A stretch of 64,000 nt of DNA from Selaginella moellendorffii (taxonomy: Eukaryota; Plantae; Lycopodiophyta). A model generated the notes under the pieces. That model saw only the letters and a program-made list of their open reading frames with translations. It did not search any database and was not told the origin of the DNA. The stretch is taken from NCBI RefSeq assembly GCF_000143415.4, contig NW_003314278.1, positions 698,371 to 762,370 on the forward strand, read 5' to 3'. The translations under genes and the position numbers were made by a program. Of this stretch, positions 37,751 through 49,181 are shown in pieces (position 1 is the first letter of the stretch; every line of letters starts with the position of its first letter).

Positions 37751-37969
37751 TGTCCCCGATATTTAGGGTTTACTCATGGCTTTGTTCATCGAGCTAAAGC
37801 TTTTGGAAGCTTTCTTGCCAATACGCGATCGAATGCCAATGCGTGATCGAATGGAAGCTCTCCATCCTTTTCGCTACCGGTCGATTCTTCTTGCCGTAGC
37901 AGCAAGCATATCTAAGCGTTTTCTAAGCGCAAAAAAAGGGGGATTTTCAAGGGCTTCGCGTAAGGAGCT

Positions 37970-39348
37970 ATGGCGGAGAAGGCGTATGGAATGGCGCTGT
38001 GTGTGATCTTGATTGCTTCCATAGCAGTGGGAGCTGCGGCGTGGGGGCGAGAAGGCCATCGTCTCACTTGTATGATCGCTGAGGTACAGCGCTTAGTTCC
38101 AATTCGTTTGGAGATTCATAGTTTTCTTCTTTCCTTTTGCAGCCTTTTCTTAGCTCCGAATCGAAGGTCGCTCTGGAGGAGCTTCTCCCTGGACGAGATT
38201 TGCCAGAATTGTGCTCCTGGGCGGATGATATTCGCAGATCATATAGATTTCGATGGACTGGCCCGCTACACTACATTGACACGCCCGACAATCTCTGTGG
38301 CTATGACTACGATCGTAAGCTCTTTGGAAACTTTCTTCTTTGGTAGTTTCATGGCCTTGTGTGGTTTTTCGTAGGGGACTGCCACGATTCTCGTGGAGAA
38401 AAGGATATGTGTGTCGCCGGTGCCATCAACAATTACTCACGGCAGCTAGAAACATTTCAGGAAGCAAAGCTCTCTTTGCACAAATCATGTAAGTTCTTGG
38501 CTGGATCAGTGTTGAGTGTCTGATGTTCTTTCTAAATCCAGATAACTTGACCGAGGCACTGCTCTTCCTGGCTCACTATGTTGGAGACATCCACCAGGTT
38601 GGTCTTCTTTTTTCTTTCCTCTTTGCTCTCTCGAAAGGATCTAAAACATGCGTTTTTGTGTATAGCCTCTGCACGTAGCCTTTACGGCTGATGCTGGAGG
38701 GAATGGCGTCCATGTCCACTGGTTTGGACGAAAGGCAAACTTACACCATGTAAGTTCATAATCCTCCAGCGAACATAGTTTTCTGTTTGTGCTGATTTTT
38801 TGTGTGCCAGATCTGGGATACCGAATTTATTGATAGAGCCAAGCGTCTATACTACCACGACATTTTCAGGATGCTTCGTAACATAAGCATGAGCATAACC
38901 GTAAGAACTCGACCTAGTTTCTTCTGGCTTGCTTGAAAACAACGTGTTATCTTTTTTCTTCCAGAAGGAAAACTTTGATGCGTGGAGCAGCTGTGAGACC
39001 GATCCAGAAGCTTGTATTGACAGGTAAAATAATCTCCTCGAGTTTGAGCTATTAACCACACTTCTTTGCTTGTTCTTCCTCGTGCAGCTATGCCACAGAA
39101 AGTATACACGCTTCTTGCAGATGGGCTTACAAAGACGCCGTCGAAGGAAGCTATCTCGAAGGTCAGTCGTCACTTTCAAATCGTTCTAGTTTTCTTCCGA
39201 GGACGATTCCTCACTGATTGTTTACATAGATGACTACTTCTCTTCACGTCTTCCAATCGTGGAGCAACGTCTAGCTCAAGGTGGCGTCAGGCTGGCGTCA
39301 ATACTCAACCGGATCTTTGGAGCAAAATCGAGCGAGTCGAGCATCTAG
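37970..39348 (+). CDS. S1/P1 bifunctional endonuclease (ENDO/BFN1 family), multi-exon
   Basis: Signal peptide, then WGREGH, WADDIR, LHYIDTPD, LLFLAHYVGDIHQ|PLH, NLHH|IWD and RLAQGGVRLASILNRIF. Confidence 0.93.
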
Positions 39349-39409
39349 ACATGATTTCTCCAAAGTGTGTATGTAAAAAAGCTGACATCCTTGACACATT
39401 CTTTAGCTT

Positions 39410-39919
39410 TTACTCGTTGCAAGTGTAAGGAGTGAAGGCGAATGGCCCGACTCTGAAGAACATCTCGTTGTAATAAGAAGTGAATGGACGCAGCTTGGCA
39501 CCTTGAGCACCGTCTCCCTCGTTGGTCATTTTGTTGCAAGTCTCGTCGGATGTTGTGACGAGCTGTGCAACGCAAGTCGTGTTTTCTTGGTGGAGGCAGT
39601 CGTAGTTTGGAACTTTGATCTGGAAGTAACCGGAGTCGTCGCTGTTGTCCATGGCGTACGCTGTGATCAAGCCTGCCTTGTCCTTGCAGACAACGCTCAC
39701 AAGAGCATCTGTGAAGACAGAAAAAGAAGAAGGAAATCCTGGTGAGAATGGAACTTTCAAAGTAGTACCTGAGATCTTCTTTGTCCAGTGCCCTTGACAA
39801 TCCTGACAGTAGACGATTCCTTCGACCACAGAAACTGGAGGAGGATCGTTCTCATTCTCTGCAAACACCACCACAATTGAGAGCGCTAACAAAGCCAATG
39901 GCAATCCTCTGAAATCCAT
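39410..39919 (-). CDS. Pollen Ole e 1 / extensin-family secreted protein (1 intron)
   Basis: Signal peptide; VVEGIVYCQDC, VSVVCKD, DDSGYF, CVAQLV..C, VGPFAFTP. Confidence 0.85.
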   Translation of the reverse strand: MDFRGLPLALLALSIVVVFAENENDPPPVSVVEGIVYCQDCQGHWTKKISGTTLKVPFSPGFPSSFSVFTDALVSVVCKDKAGLITAYAMDNSDDSGYFQIKVPNYDCLHQENTTCVAQLVTTSDETCNKMTNEGDGAQGAKLRPFTSYYNEMFFRVGPFAFTPYTCNE

Positions 39920-40033
39920 CACAAAAGCTTGTCAATGCGCTTGGCCCAGAACTTTAAAAACCCAAGTTTGCAAAGACGTGACACGATGCAAGCCTACAGC
40001 AGCCACTGCAATGGTTAAGAGTCCAAGAGTCGA

Positions 40034-40369
40034 TCATGCTGCACTGGGATGGACACAAGAAAAAGAAAAAGAAAATACTTACTCGGATCTGTTTGGGTTA
40101 CGTGAGCTGCTTGGTTAAAGTTGCAATCTCTTCATCTTGCTGTAGTAGCTGCTAAACACATACGAGGCGTGAGAAACCATCGTTTCCGGAAAGAAGCATG
40201 GCTCGCAGTGCAGTCCCCCCTCCACTGGAGCAAGCATAATCTAGAGCAGATTGAAGGGCCGCTTGAGAAGCATCAGAGTTCTTCCGTCCTGTGTTACAAT
40301 TTCCACCACCACCATTTTCACCGCCGGGAACTTTCAGTACTATTTCCACCACCAGAACCAGTGTCATCA
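40034..40369 (-). pseudogene. Truncated X8-domain fragment of the beta-1,3-glucanase duplicate
   Basis: Matches 43517-43930 with numerous short deletions. Confidence 0.9.
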
Positions 40370-40951
40370 CACCTTCTGGGCAGAGATCGGTTTGGATTTT
40401 GCTGCAGGCCTAGCTCACCCGTCGTTTCACCTCTTGTCGACAGGAATGGCCATGGCCTTGGATAGGGCAATCGCGAGGTGAGAGGAGCCATGCGAAGAGG
40501 GCAAACTGGACCTGTTGGAAAATTGGTATGTCTCTTTTCATTATCCTGTCTTAATTTTCACTTGACCGTCTCATTTCATGTCCTAATATTCACTTTTCCT
40601 CTTGTAAGTAACCACAGGACCGGGGCTGACGACCTGCCAAAGATCTCCAGATTCTGAAGGTGATGCAATTTCTTTCGTTGCTTGTTCGGCTCTATAGCAG
40701 AGGAACGTGCTGGAATTCTGGTATTGTCTTCCATTCTCGTTCCTTTTCCTTGCCTTTGAAAATGTTAGTGTCGAAGGACAGCTGACGGAGCCCGACTCGG
40801 TTTGTTTCGTGACGCGGCGATGCCATCTCCTGAGCTCGAAATTAATACGAACTCGGTGCGGATCCAAGAAAAAACTGAAGTTACTAAATCTTAGTCATGT
40901 GTTGCTTGAAGTGTCATCGTTGCTTTAGACGAAGAGCTCGATTCGCAATAA

Positions 40952-41547
40952 ATGGAAGATGATGGCGAGGCGATGGACAAAATCCCCTACCGAGTAGCCC
41001 GGTAACAGCTTCCTCCGACTTGATCCTCCTCAAGCAGTTCCTTCTGGAAGAACACGCTCTCTCGCGGGTGCCTTGTCAGTGAAGGAAAGCATAAAAGACA
41101 GCCGAGATGAAGATGACAACGCCAGTAGAGACGAGAACGATGAGCGGGAGCCTGAAGCACCCAGGAATCTCAACTGGACGCAGTTGATGTGGGAGAGCGG
41201 TTCCAACGCCAGATCCGACTGCTGACGCGAGTATAGCAGCTTGTTGCCGAGTCCACCGAAGCCTCTTTGCTGTTCTTGAAACCATGAGGAGCTTGAGACC
41301 GTGCGCCACGAGGCTCGAGAACTGGAAGAAGTTGAAAGCAATGACTTCGCAGACAATGAGACGCTTGAAAGTGGAGGGGCCGGGGATGCATTCGTGCTTG
41401 GCGTCGTTGCAAGAGCCAACAAGGAGTCTAGAGGTGGTGAGCGTGATGCTGATGCCGTGAAGAAAGAATTGACACTTACGACTTCGTCCAGTGCCATGAC
41501 GTGAACCTGGCTTGTGCTCGCGCTGGAATGCCGGCGAATGCTCTCCC
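40952..41547. pseudogene. MEE60-like gene A duplicate: exon 1 on +, exon 2 inverted and frameshifted
   Basis: 40952-41045 matches 45383-45475; 41046-41547 is the reverse complement of ~45500-46070 with deletions. Confidence 0.88.
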
Positions 41548-41663
41548 GGACGAAACGCAACCCGGTCAGAACGTAAACACGGTCCCCACGGAATTGTCAC
41601 TGTCGAGAACTTTAAGTTCGATTGTTATGCAATTCGACGCCTTTGTCATTTCGTTCTCTCCCA

Positions 41664-42221
41664 ATGGACGATAAGCTGCTCCCATCTAGCTCCTCCCGCA
41701 GAATGGTTTCCTTCAAAGGAGCCACCCAGGTTCATGTCACCACGCTGGACGAAGTCGTATCTGTGAATTCCTTCTTCACCATAGCTGTGTTCTTGGGCCT
41801 CTCATTCTCCAGCACCAAAGCAGCCGATCTGGAAACAGACTGCCCCGTTGGACCCGATGCAGTGAAGTACCTTCTTCTTTACGAAGTTCTCGCGTTTGCT
41901 TCCTTCCTATTCTCTAGCCTTGTAGCTCACGGACTCAAGCTCTACATCATATTCGCCAACAGCAACCTTATCGAAGAATCCCAGGCCGCGGAGATTAACA
42001 ACCGCCTCTTGAGGATCGGAATGCTCGCGTCGGCCATAGGCTCTGTCGCTGGGACGATCTTCCTCATGCTGTCTATGATTAGTCTCATCGAGCTGAGGTT
42101 GGGACCTTTTAGTTGTGATAGCAGCTGGACGGAACGCACTGGAATTCCCTTCATAGTTTTGTCGTCCTCTGGTCTCCTCATCTTCATCTCATCTGTTCTC
42201 TTTGCTTTCATCGAACTCTAA
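41664..42221 (+). CDS. MEE60-like 4-TM membrane protein (gene B duplicate, intact ORF)
   Basis: QVHVTTLDEVVSVNSFFTIAVFLGL...YEVLAFASFLFSSLVAHGLKL...GMLASAIGSVAGTIFLMLSM; near-identical to 46171-46731. Confidence 0.82.
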   Translation: MDDKLLPSSSSRRMVSFKGATQVHVTTLDEVVSVNSFFTIAVFLGLSFSSTKAADLETDCPVGPDAVKYLLLYEVLAFASFLFSSLVAHGLKLYIIFANSNLIEESQAAEINNRLLRIGMLASAIGSVAGTIFLMLSMISLIELRLGPFSCDSSWTERTGIPFIVLSSSGLLIFISSVLFAFIEL

Positions 42222-42269
42222 TATGAATTCTACAAAACTTTTGGAGAAGAAACCCCGTTTCCCTGTGTC

Positions 42270-42955
42270 CCAGAGTTCTCCGTCTTCCACGTCATTCATC
42301 AAACTTGGCGGCTGGACCTCCATACTTTTCCATAGTAAGTCTGCCTATCCGGGTAGATCTCTCAGGAAATCATACATCTTCATATCGTCCTTGATTTCAT
42401 CTTCTTGAAACGTCTTACAGGTTTGCTCAACCAACTCTTCCGCCACTGATTTAACAGGCAAGGCAACTCTTCTACAATGGAAAACCTGTCTATATCGGAC
42501 GGGCAGCACAACCCTGATCTCTGGAAACTCCAATACTGTCTTGAAAGAAAGCTGTTGGCGAAGAGACTCGTTGATGTTTAGCTCATAGTCTTTGGCCTGA
42601 TGTTACCACAATTAGCAGCCGGATATAAAGAAACTCTTATCGAGGCTCTTTCTTGAGGAGAAGCCAGCTGATCTTCGGACTGTGCGACTGGGGCGATAAA
42701 TGTTTCTCAAGCACAGTACCAAGCTTGACATGCTCGTCCAAACTGGAAAAGATAGAGGAATTGTGTTAGTCAATATACCTGAAGAGTCGAGAGAAGAGTC
42801 GAGCAGGGATGAACATACTTATCATCAACAAGGCGAATGTCTGTGGGATGAAAGATCCAGTCAACATGCACTTCCGCCTAGAATGCGTTTAAAGCTTTAG
42901 CAAAGAACAATCCGTGAGGAGGAAAGTGGGAAAGCTTAATTCCTGTTGAAGTACG
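42270..42955 (-). pseudogene. 3' half of a ZNHIT6/BCD1 duplicate
   Basis: Matches 46790-47575 with many microdeletions and lacks the zf-HIT exon. Confidence 0.88.
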
Positions 42956-42960
42956 GAGTG

Positions 42961-43393
42961 TGGAGTGAAGGCGAATGGCCCGACTCTGAAGAACATCTCG
43001 TTGTAGTAAGAAGTGAATGGACGCAGCTTGGCACCTTGAGCACCGTATCCCTCGTTGGTCATTTTGTTGCAAGTCTTGTCGGATGTTGTGTCGAGCTGTG
43101 CTTTCTTAGTGGAGGCTTGGAACTTTGACCGGAGTCGTAGGATTGTCAAGGGCATTGGACAAAGAAGATCTCAGGTACTTTGAAAGTTCCATTCTCGTCA
43201 GGATTTCCTCCCTTTTCTCTATGCTCTTCTGAGCGTTGTCTACAAGGACAAGGCAGATTGATCACCGCGTACGCCATGGACAACAGGACAGTAGACGATT
43301 CCTTCGAGCACACAGGATCGTTCTCATTCTCTGCAGAAACCACCAGAACTTAGAGAATTAAGACCAAGCCAATGGCAATCCTCTGAAATCCAT
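42961..43393 (-). pseudogene. Ole e 1 duplicate with deletions and an internal inversion (~43139-43286)
   Basis: Matches 39428-39919; the central segment is the reverse complement of ~39643-39803. Confidence 0.88.
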
Positions 43394-43516
43394 CACAAAA
43401 GCTTGTCAAGGCGCTTGGCTTGGAACTTCAAAGCAAAGACGTGACACGATGTAAGTCTATAAAAGATAAACGAACCGCTCGTAAGCCATTGTAATAGTTA
43501 AGAGTCCAAGAGTCGA

Positions 43517-45077
43517 TCATGCTGCACTGGGATAGACACAAGATCCATAGCCTGCGTAAAGAAGCTCGTAAGAAAAGAAAAACAAAACAAAAAACTTACT
43601 TGGATCTGTTTGGGTTACGTGAGCTGCTTGGTTAAAGTCGCAAGTGCCGCCGGAGCTCTTCATCTTGTTGTAGTAGCTGCTAAACGCATACGAGGCACGA
43701 GAAACCATCGTCTCCGGAAAGAAGCACGGCTGGTTGGGTTGAATCGCAGTGCAGTCCCCTCCACTGGAGCAAGCATAATCTAGAGCAGCCTGAAGCGCCG
43801 CTTGAGAAGCATCAGAGTTGGCAACACACCATTCCTTCCGTCCTGTGCTACCGTTTCCACCACCACCATTCTCACCGCCGGGAGGACTTTCAGTACGATT
43901 TCCACCACCAGAAGAACCAGCGTCATCATGGGTGTCACGCTCACCACCCGCGATATCCAAAGCGTAAACCAGCTCTCCATTCGGATACGTGACGCCAAAG
44001 TTCCGCTCAGTGACCGCACCATTCTTGAGGTTCTCGTTGAAGAGAGCGAAGATATACGTCGGAAAGTAGCCTCTCTTCTTGGGAGTTCCCTGAGCTCTGA
44101 GGGTCTTCGCGATCAGCCTGTTGTTGTAGCGAGCAGCATTGGAGACTGTAGCGCCTGGCTGAGAACCGTCACCTTTACTCGGCCAGCCGGTCTCGCACAC
44201 AGCAAAATCGAGAGAACTAAAGCCGAGCTTCTCGATTGCAGAGATGGTGGCATCGACCATCGCATCAAACAAGTTTGTGTACCTGAGTGACCCATCTCTC
44301 ACCACCTCCTGCTGCGAGCCAAAGAGCGCGTAGTCGAGTGGGATCTCGCCAGGATTGCCAGCCCAAGCAAAGTATGGATAGACGTTCCCGCAGTAGAAGG
44401 AGTTCGTTCGGGACAAAAACTCGAGAAGCGGCTGGATGATGGACTCTGCAATGTCACTCTTGAACGAGCCAGCCGATGGAGGATAAGAGTTTCCCAGAGC
44501 ATCGGAAGCCAGGGGCGTTGACACCTTGATGGAACCTGCTAGCTCAAACTTCTCAACCGCTGATTGAATCTTCTCCATCGCCGGAACCAACTTCGGCCAA
44601 GTCGACTCTCGAATGCTACTGTCTGATAAAATCTCGTTGCCGACCAGAACGGATTCTATGGCTGTCTTTGGATAGTACGCAGCTACATTCTTTTCCACCC
44701 ATGCGTCTGCACTGCTCTGGCTTGATGCTATCTCCGGGATTTGCTGGTTGGCCACCATCACCGACAACTTCACGCCGCTGTTTGCAAACGCCCGGATGAT
44801 TGACGAGTCGGCACTAAAGATCTTGGCTCTGTCAAACCCGAGGTCCTTGATCAGTCCAACAGCCTCTGGCGGACGCAAAATCTCGTTTGAAAGAGTTCCA
44901 TAGTTGATTCCCATTCCTTGTGCATCTGATGGATGCAAGCAAAACAAGACTCAATAAGAACGAGAGGAAAAATATAATACAAGGAAGGAATGACTTACCA
45001 GCAGTGCGGTCGCGAGCTAGACAAGCCAGCCATAGAAACGCAACGGCCGCAACAATCTGCGTGGTTCTTCCACCCAT
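43517..45077 (-). CDS. Glucan endo-1,3-beta-glucosidase (GH17 + X8/CBM43), 3 exons
   Basis: Signal exon MGGRTTQIVAAVAFLWL; GINYG, VGNE, NVYPYFA, CETGWPS, FALFNEN; X8 domain WCVAN...LDYACS..DC...C. Confidence 0.95.
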
Positions 45078-45382
45078 GGTTGGTTGGTTTCGCGACGCGG
45101 CGGTGCCATCTCCTGAGCTCGAAATTTATACGGATCCAAGAAACTCAGATCTTCCAACTGCCGTAAACTGAAGTTACTAAATCTTAGTCGTGTAGCTTGC
45201 ATGCGTTGCTTGAAGTGTCATCGTAAATCTGGACTTTCCTCTTTAAGCTTTCATGCGAAAACGGTAGCGTCCTTTAGCCCGTAAGTCACCCGTTAATCTC
45301 GGCGTAAAAAAGCATTGGATTCCTCTGGACCATCTGCGAATCTCCTATGTGCCCTGTTGACGAAGAGGTCGATCCGCAAAAA

Positions 45383-46040
45383 ATGGAAGATGATGGCGAG
45401 GCGATGGACAAAATCCCCTACCGAGTAGCCAGGTAACAGCTTCTTCCGACTTGATCCTCCTCAAGCAGTTCCTTCTCGCTGTAGAACTCCATCGGAGCTG
45501 GAGAGCATTCGCCGGCATTTCAGCGCAAGCACAAGCCAGGTTCACGTCACGGCCCTGGACGAAGTCGTAAGTGTCAATTCCTTCTTCACTGTCGCGGTCT
45601 TCGTCGGCATCACGCTCACCACCTCCAACCTCCACGTTGGCTCTCCCAACGACGCCAAGCACGAATGCATCCCCGGCCCCTCCACTTTCAAGCGTCTCAT
45701 TGTCTACGAAGTCGTCGCTTTCAGCTTCTTCCAGTTCTCGAGCCTCGTGGCGCACGGCCTCAAGCTCCTCATGGTTTTCAAGAACAGCAAAGAGGCTTCG
45801 GTGGACTCGGCAACCATGAACCACAAGCTGCTTCGCCTGGGGATACTCGCGTCAGCAGTCGGATCTGGCGCTGGAACCGTCTTCCTCATGCTCTCCCTCA
45901 TCAACTACGTCCAGTTGAGATTTGGAAGCCTCGTCTGCGGCGATTCCTGGGTGCTTCAGGCTGCCGTCCCGCTCATCGTTCTCGTCTCTACTGGCGTTGT
46001 CATCTTCATCTCGGCTGTCTTTTATGCTTTCCTTCACTGA
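45383..46040 (+). CDS. MEE60-like 4-TM membrane protein (gene A, 2 exons)
   Basis: Exon 1 MEDDGEAMDKIPYRVA, GT-AG intron 45433-45484, exon 2 QVHVTALDEVVSVNSFFTVAVFVGI...VAHGLKL...FYAFLH*. Confidence 0.82.
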
Positions 46041-46170
46041 CAAGGCACCCGGGAGACAGCGTGTTCTTCCAACGTGACTCGGTCAGAACGTAAACACGGT
46101 CCCCACGGAATTGTCACTGTCGAGAACTTTGTCACGTAATTCGACACCTTTGCTATTGCGTTCTCTCCCA

Positions 46171-46731
46171 ATGGACGGCAAGACGCTGCTCCCATCGAGC
46201 TCCTCCCGCAGAATGGTTTCCTTCAAAGGAGCCACCCAGGTTCATGTCACCACGCTGGACGAAGTCGTAGCTGTGAATTCCTTCTTCACCATAGCTGTGT
46301 TCTTGGGCCTCTCGTTCTCCAGCACCAAAGCAGCCGCTTTGGAAACAGACTGCCCCGTCGGACCCGATGCAGTGAAGTACCTTTTCCTTTACGAAGTTCT
46401 CGCGTTTGCTTCCTTCCTATTCTCAAGCCTTGTAGCTCACGGACTCAAGCTCTACATCATATTCGCCAACAGCACACACATCGAAGAATCCCAGGCCGCG
46501 GAGATTAACAACCGCCTCTTGAGGCTCGGAATGCTGGCGTCGGCCATAGGCTCTGTCGCTGGGACGATCTTCCTCATGCTGTCTATGATTAGTCTCATCG
46601 AGCTGAGGTTGGGGCCTTTTAGTTGTGATAGCAGCTGGACGGAACGCGCTGGAATCCCCCTCATAGTTTTGTCGGCCTCTGGTCTCCTCATCTTCATCTC
46701 ATCTGTTCTCTTTGCTTTCATCGAACTCTAA
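46171..46731 (+). CDS. MEE60-like 4-TM membrane protein (gene B)
   Basis: Same family motifs as gene A; intronless ORF. Confidence 0.85.
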   Translation: MDGKTLLPSSSSRRMVSFKGATQVHVTTLDEVVAVNSFFTIAVFLGLSFSSTKAAALETDCPVGPDAVKYLFLYEVLAFASFLFSSLVAHGLKLYIIFANSTHIEESQAAEINNRLLRLGMLASAIGSVAGTIFLMLSMISLIELRLGPFSCDSSWTERAGIPLIVLSASGLLIFISSVLFAFIEL

Positions 46732-46780
46732 TGCGAATTCTACAAAACTTTTGGAAAAGAAAGCCTGTGCGTCCCAGAAA

Positions 46781-47991
46781 CTAGCCCGAGAGTTCTCCGT
46801 CTTCCACGTCATTCATCAAACTTGGCGGCTGGACCTCCATACTTTTCCATAGCAAGTCTGCCTGTCCTGGTAGATCTCCGAGGAAATCATACATTTTCAT
46901 ATCGTCCTGCTCTTTGTCCTGCTCTTCGTCCTTGATTTCCTCTTCTCGAAACGTCTTACCAGTTTGCTCGACCAACTCTTCCGCCACTGATTTAACAGGC
47001 GAAACAGCAAGCTTGACGGGCTTCGGCTCTTCTTCTACCATGGAAAACCTGTCTATATCGGACGGCAGCACGACCCTGATCTCTGGAAACTCCAATACTG
47101 TCTTGAAAGAAAGCTGCTGGCGAAGAGATTCGTTGATGTTTAGCTCGTAGTACGATTCTTTGGCCTGATGGTTACCAGAATTAGCAACCGGATACAAAAC
47201 ACACACACAAGTTCTTACATCATCGAGCTCTTTCTTGAAGAGAAGCTTCAGCTGATCTACTGGTTGCTGCAAAAACTCCCGCAATTGGTGTCGAGCAGTC
47301 GGACTGTGCGACTGGGGCGATAAATGTTTCTCAAGCACAGTACCAAGGTTGACATGCTCGTCCAAACTGGAAAAAATAGAGGAATCGTGTCAGTCAATAC
47401 ACTTGAAGAGTCGAGCAGGGATGAACATACTTCTCGTCAACAAGGCGAATGTCGGTGGAATGAAAGATCCATTCAACTCTCCAGTACATGCACTTCCGCC
47501 TAGAGTGCATTTAAAGCTTTAGCAAAGAACAATCCGTGAGGAGGAAAGTGGGAGAGCTTACTTCCTGTTGAAGTACGTGGTATTAGCTATCCTTCTCGAC
47601 ATTCCATTTGCCATGTGAACAAACTTGGTTTTGCGAAAGCGAGCCTGGTAGATCAGCTCCTTCAACACGCCCGGCTTGCGGCCTCCCACAAAAGACTTAT
47701 ATTTCGATCGCTTCGCAACATCAGCCACTCTCAGAGCCTCCTCGAGAAAATTATAATCTACAACTCCACATAAGAATCCTCACTAGGTGCAAATCGAATC
47801 CACTTACCCGACATGATCCGATTGTCATCGAAATCCGAGATTTTCACAAACGCTGTCGGATCGCGCTTCCCAGTGCAGCCGATTCGAGCCTTGTGCGCTT
47901 TCACACAGGGTAAGCCGCACGAGCGCAAGCCGCAGCCGGGGCACTTGTACTTGGCGGCGCTCTGCCCACACTCATCGCATTTGCCGCTCAT
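46781..47991 (-). CDS. Box C/D snoRNA biogenesis protein BCD1/ZNHIT6-like, multi-exon
   Basis: zf-HIT CDECGQSAAKYKCPGCGLRSCGLPCVKAHKARIGCTGKRD; SDYNFLEE; C-terminal LRQQLSFKTVLEFPEIRVVL. Confidence 0.9.
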
Positions 47992-48041
47992 CGCGCCTCA
48001 ACAAAACCCTAAACCCAATAACCCTAAGTCTTCACTCGCCC

Positions 48042-48476
48042 AAGAATGTGTATGCCGTGCTGTGTCAGCCTGGGATCTACCACACATGGGAGGACTGCAG
48101 TGCACAGGTTTGCTGCGCTTGCTTCATTCTGGGCTTACATTTTTTCTAGGTTCATCGCTACCCCTGGTGCTCTGTTTAAGGGTTTTGCGACGCGCGCGGA
48201 AGCGGAAACTTACCTCGCATTGATGTCTGATTCTAAAGCGATGCCCCCCTCTGATCAGGCGGAAGTGCCGGATGCTGTAGATCATCTGGTGACACCCCAG
48301 CAGTCGGATTCTAACGTTCAGCCTCCTCGCATTGATTCTAATGTACGCTAAGATTCTTTGTGAGCATGTGTTGATTTTGAGTTTGGTGTTTTGCAGAAAA
48401 TGGAATATAGTGCCGACGGTAGACTTCTAACTTTTGCGTCAGAGGAGGATCTGTTTATCTACCTTGGCCTGAAATA
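48042..48476 (+). pseudogene. Stand-alone RNase H1 hybrid-binding (Cauli_VI-like) domain gene fragment
   Basis: KNVYAVLCQPGIYHTWEDCSAQ|VHRYP/GALFKGFATRAEAETYL; GT-AG intron at ~48108-48149; +1 frameshift at ~48161-48164; no in-frame ATG seen. Confidence 0.65.
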
Positions 48477-49181
48477 GCTCGAGTGATATTTATATGAAAT
48501 GTCTATGTTTCTAATGGGAGAAATTATTTACAGATGGTCATACTAAGTGTGATTGAATAAATCTGTTAATTGAGGATTAGACCACTAGAAACAATAGCAT
48601 ATGCTGCCCAGTTAGATTTTGATTGTTATAATTTTGTTAAATTAAAAATTAAATTTATAAGATTCATGTCATGTATTACCTTAGTTAGATAATATGCTAA
48701 TTATATTAATATATTATATAAAATGTCTATTTAGGACTAAGGGGTATGATAGTAAGAGTGTCTTGGTAGACATGGTAAACTATCACTTAGTAAATATTAA
48801 AGGATTAAATTTAATACTGCAGGGGTTTTTAATACTAGCAAGTGCAAGTTAATAATATAAATTCTCATCACTGTGTTAAGTATATTTGACTTAAGGACAA
48901 TTTATGATTTCCTTCCTTCGATCTAAATGCATATATACTAATTAATTTCTCACAATGTATATTTTAACAGTGTTTAAAAGAGCTACAACATCATTGCCCC
49001 TTTTATATGACCTTAAGTATATCAACAAGATTAAATATAAAATTTGTCTTGGCAATGAAGGTAGACAAAGTATAATACAGAAGATGCTCAATTGACCAAA
49101 GTAATTATTTTCTCTCGGCTTCTTGGCTGGTCGGATGAGCAACAAGCTGCAAACGTCAAAGGCTATACCCCCCTGTTTGCT

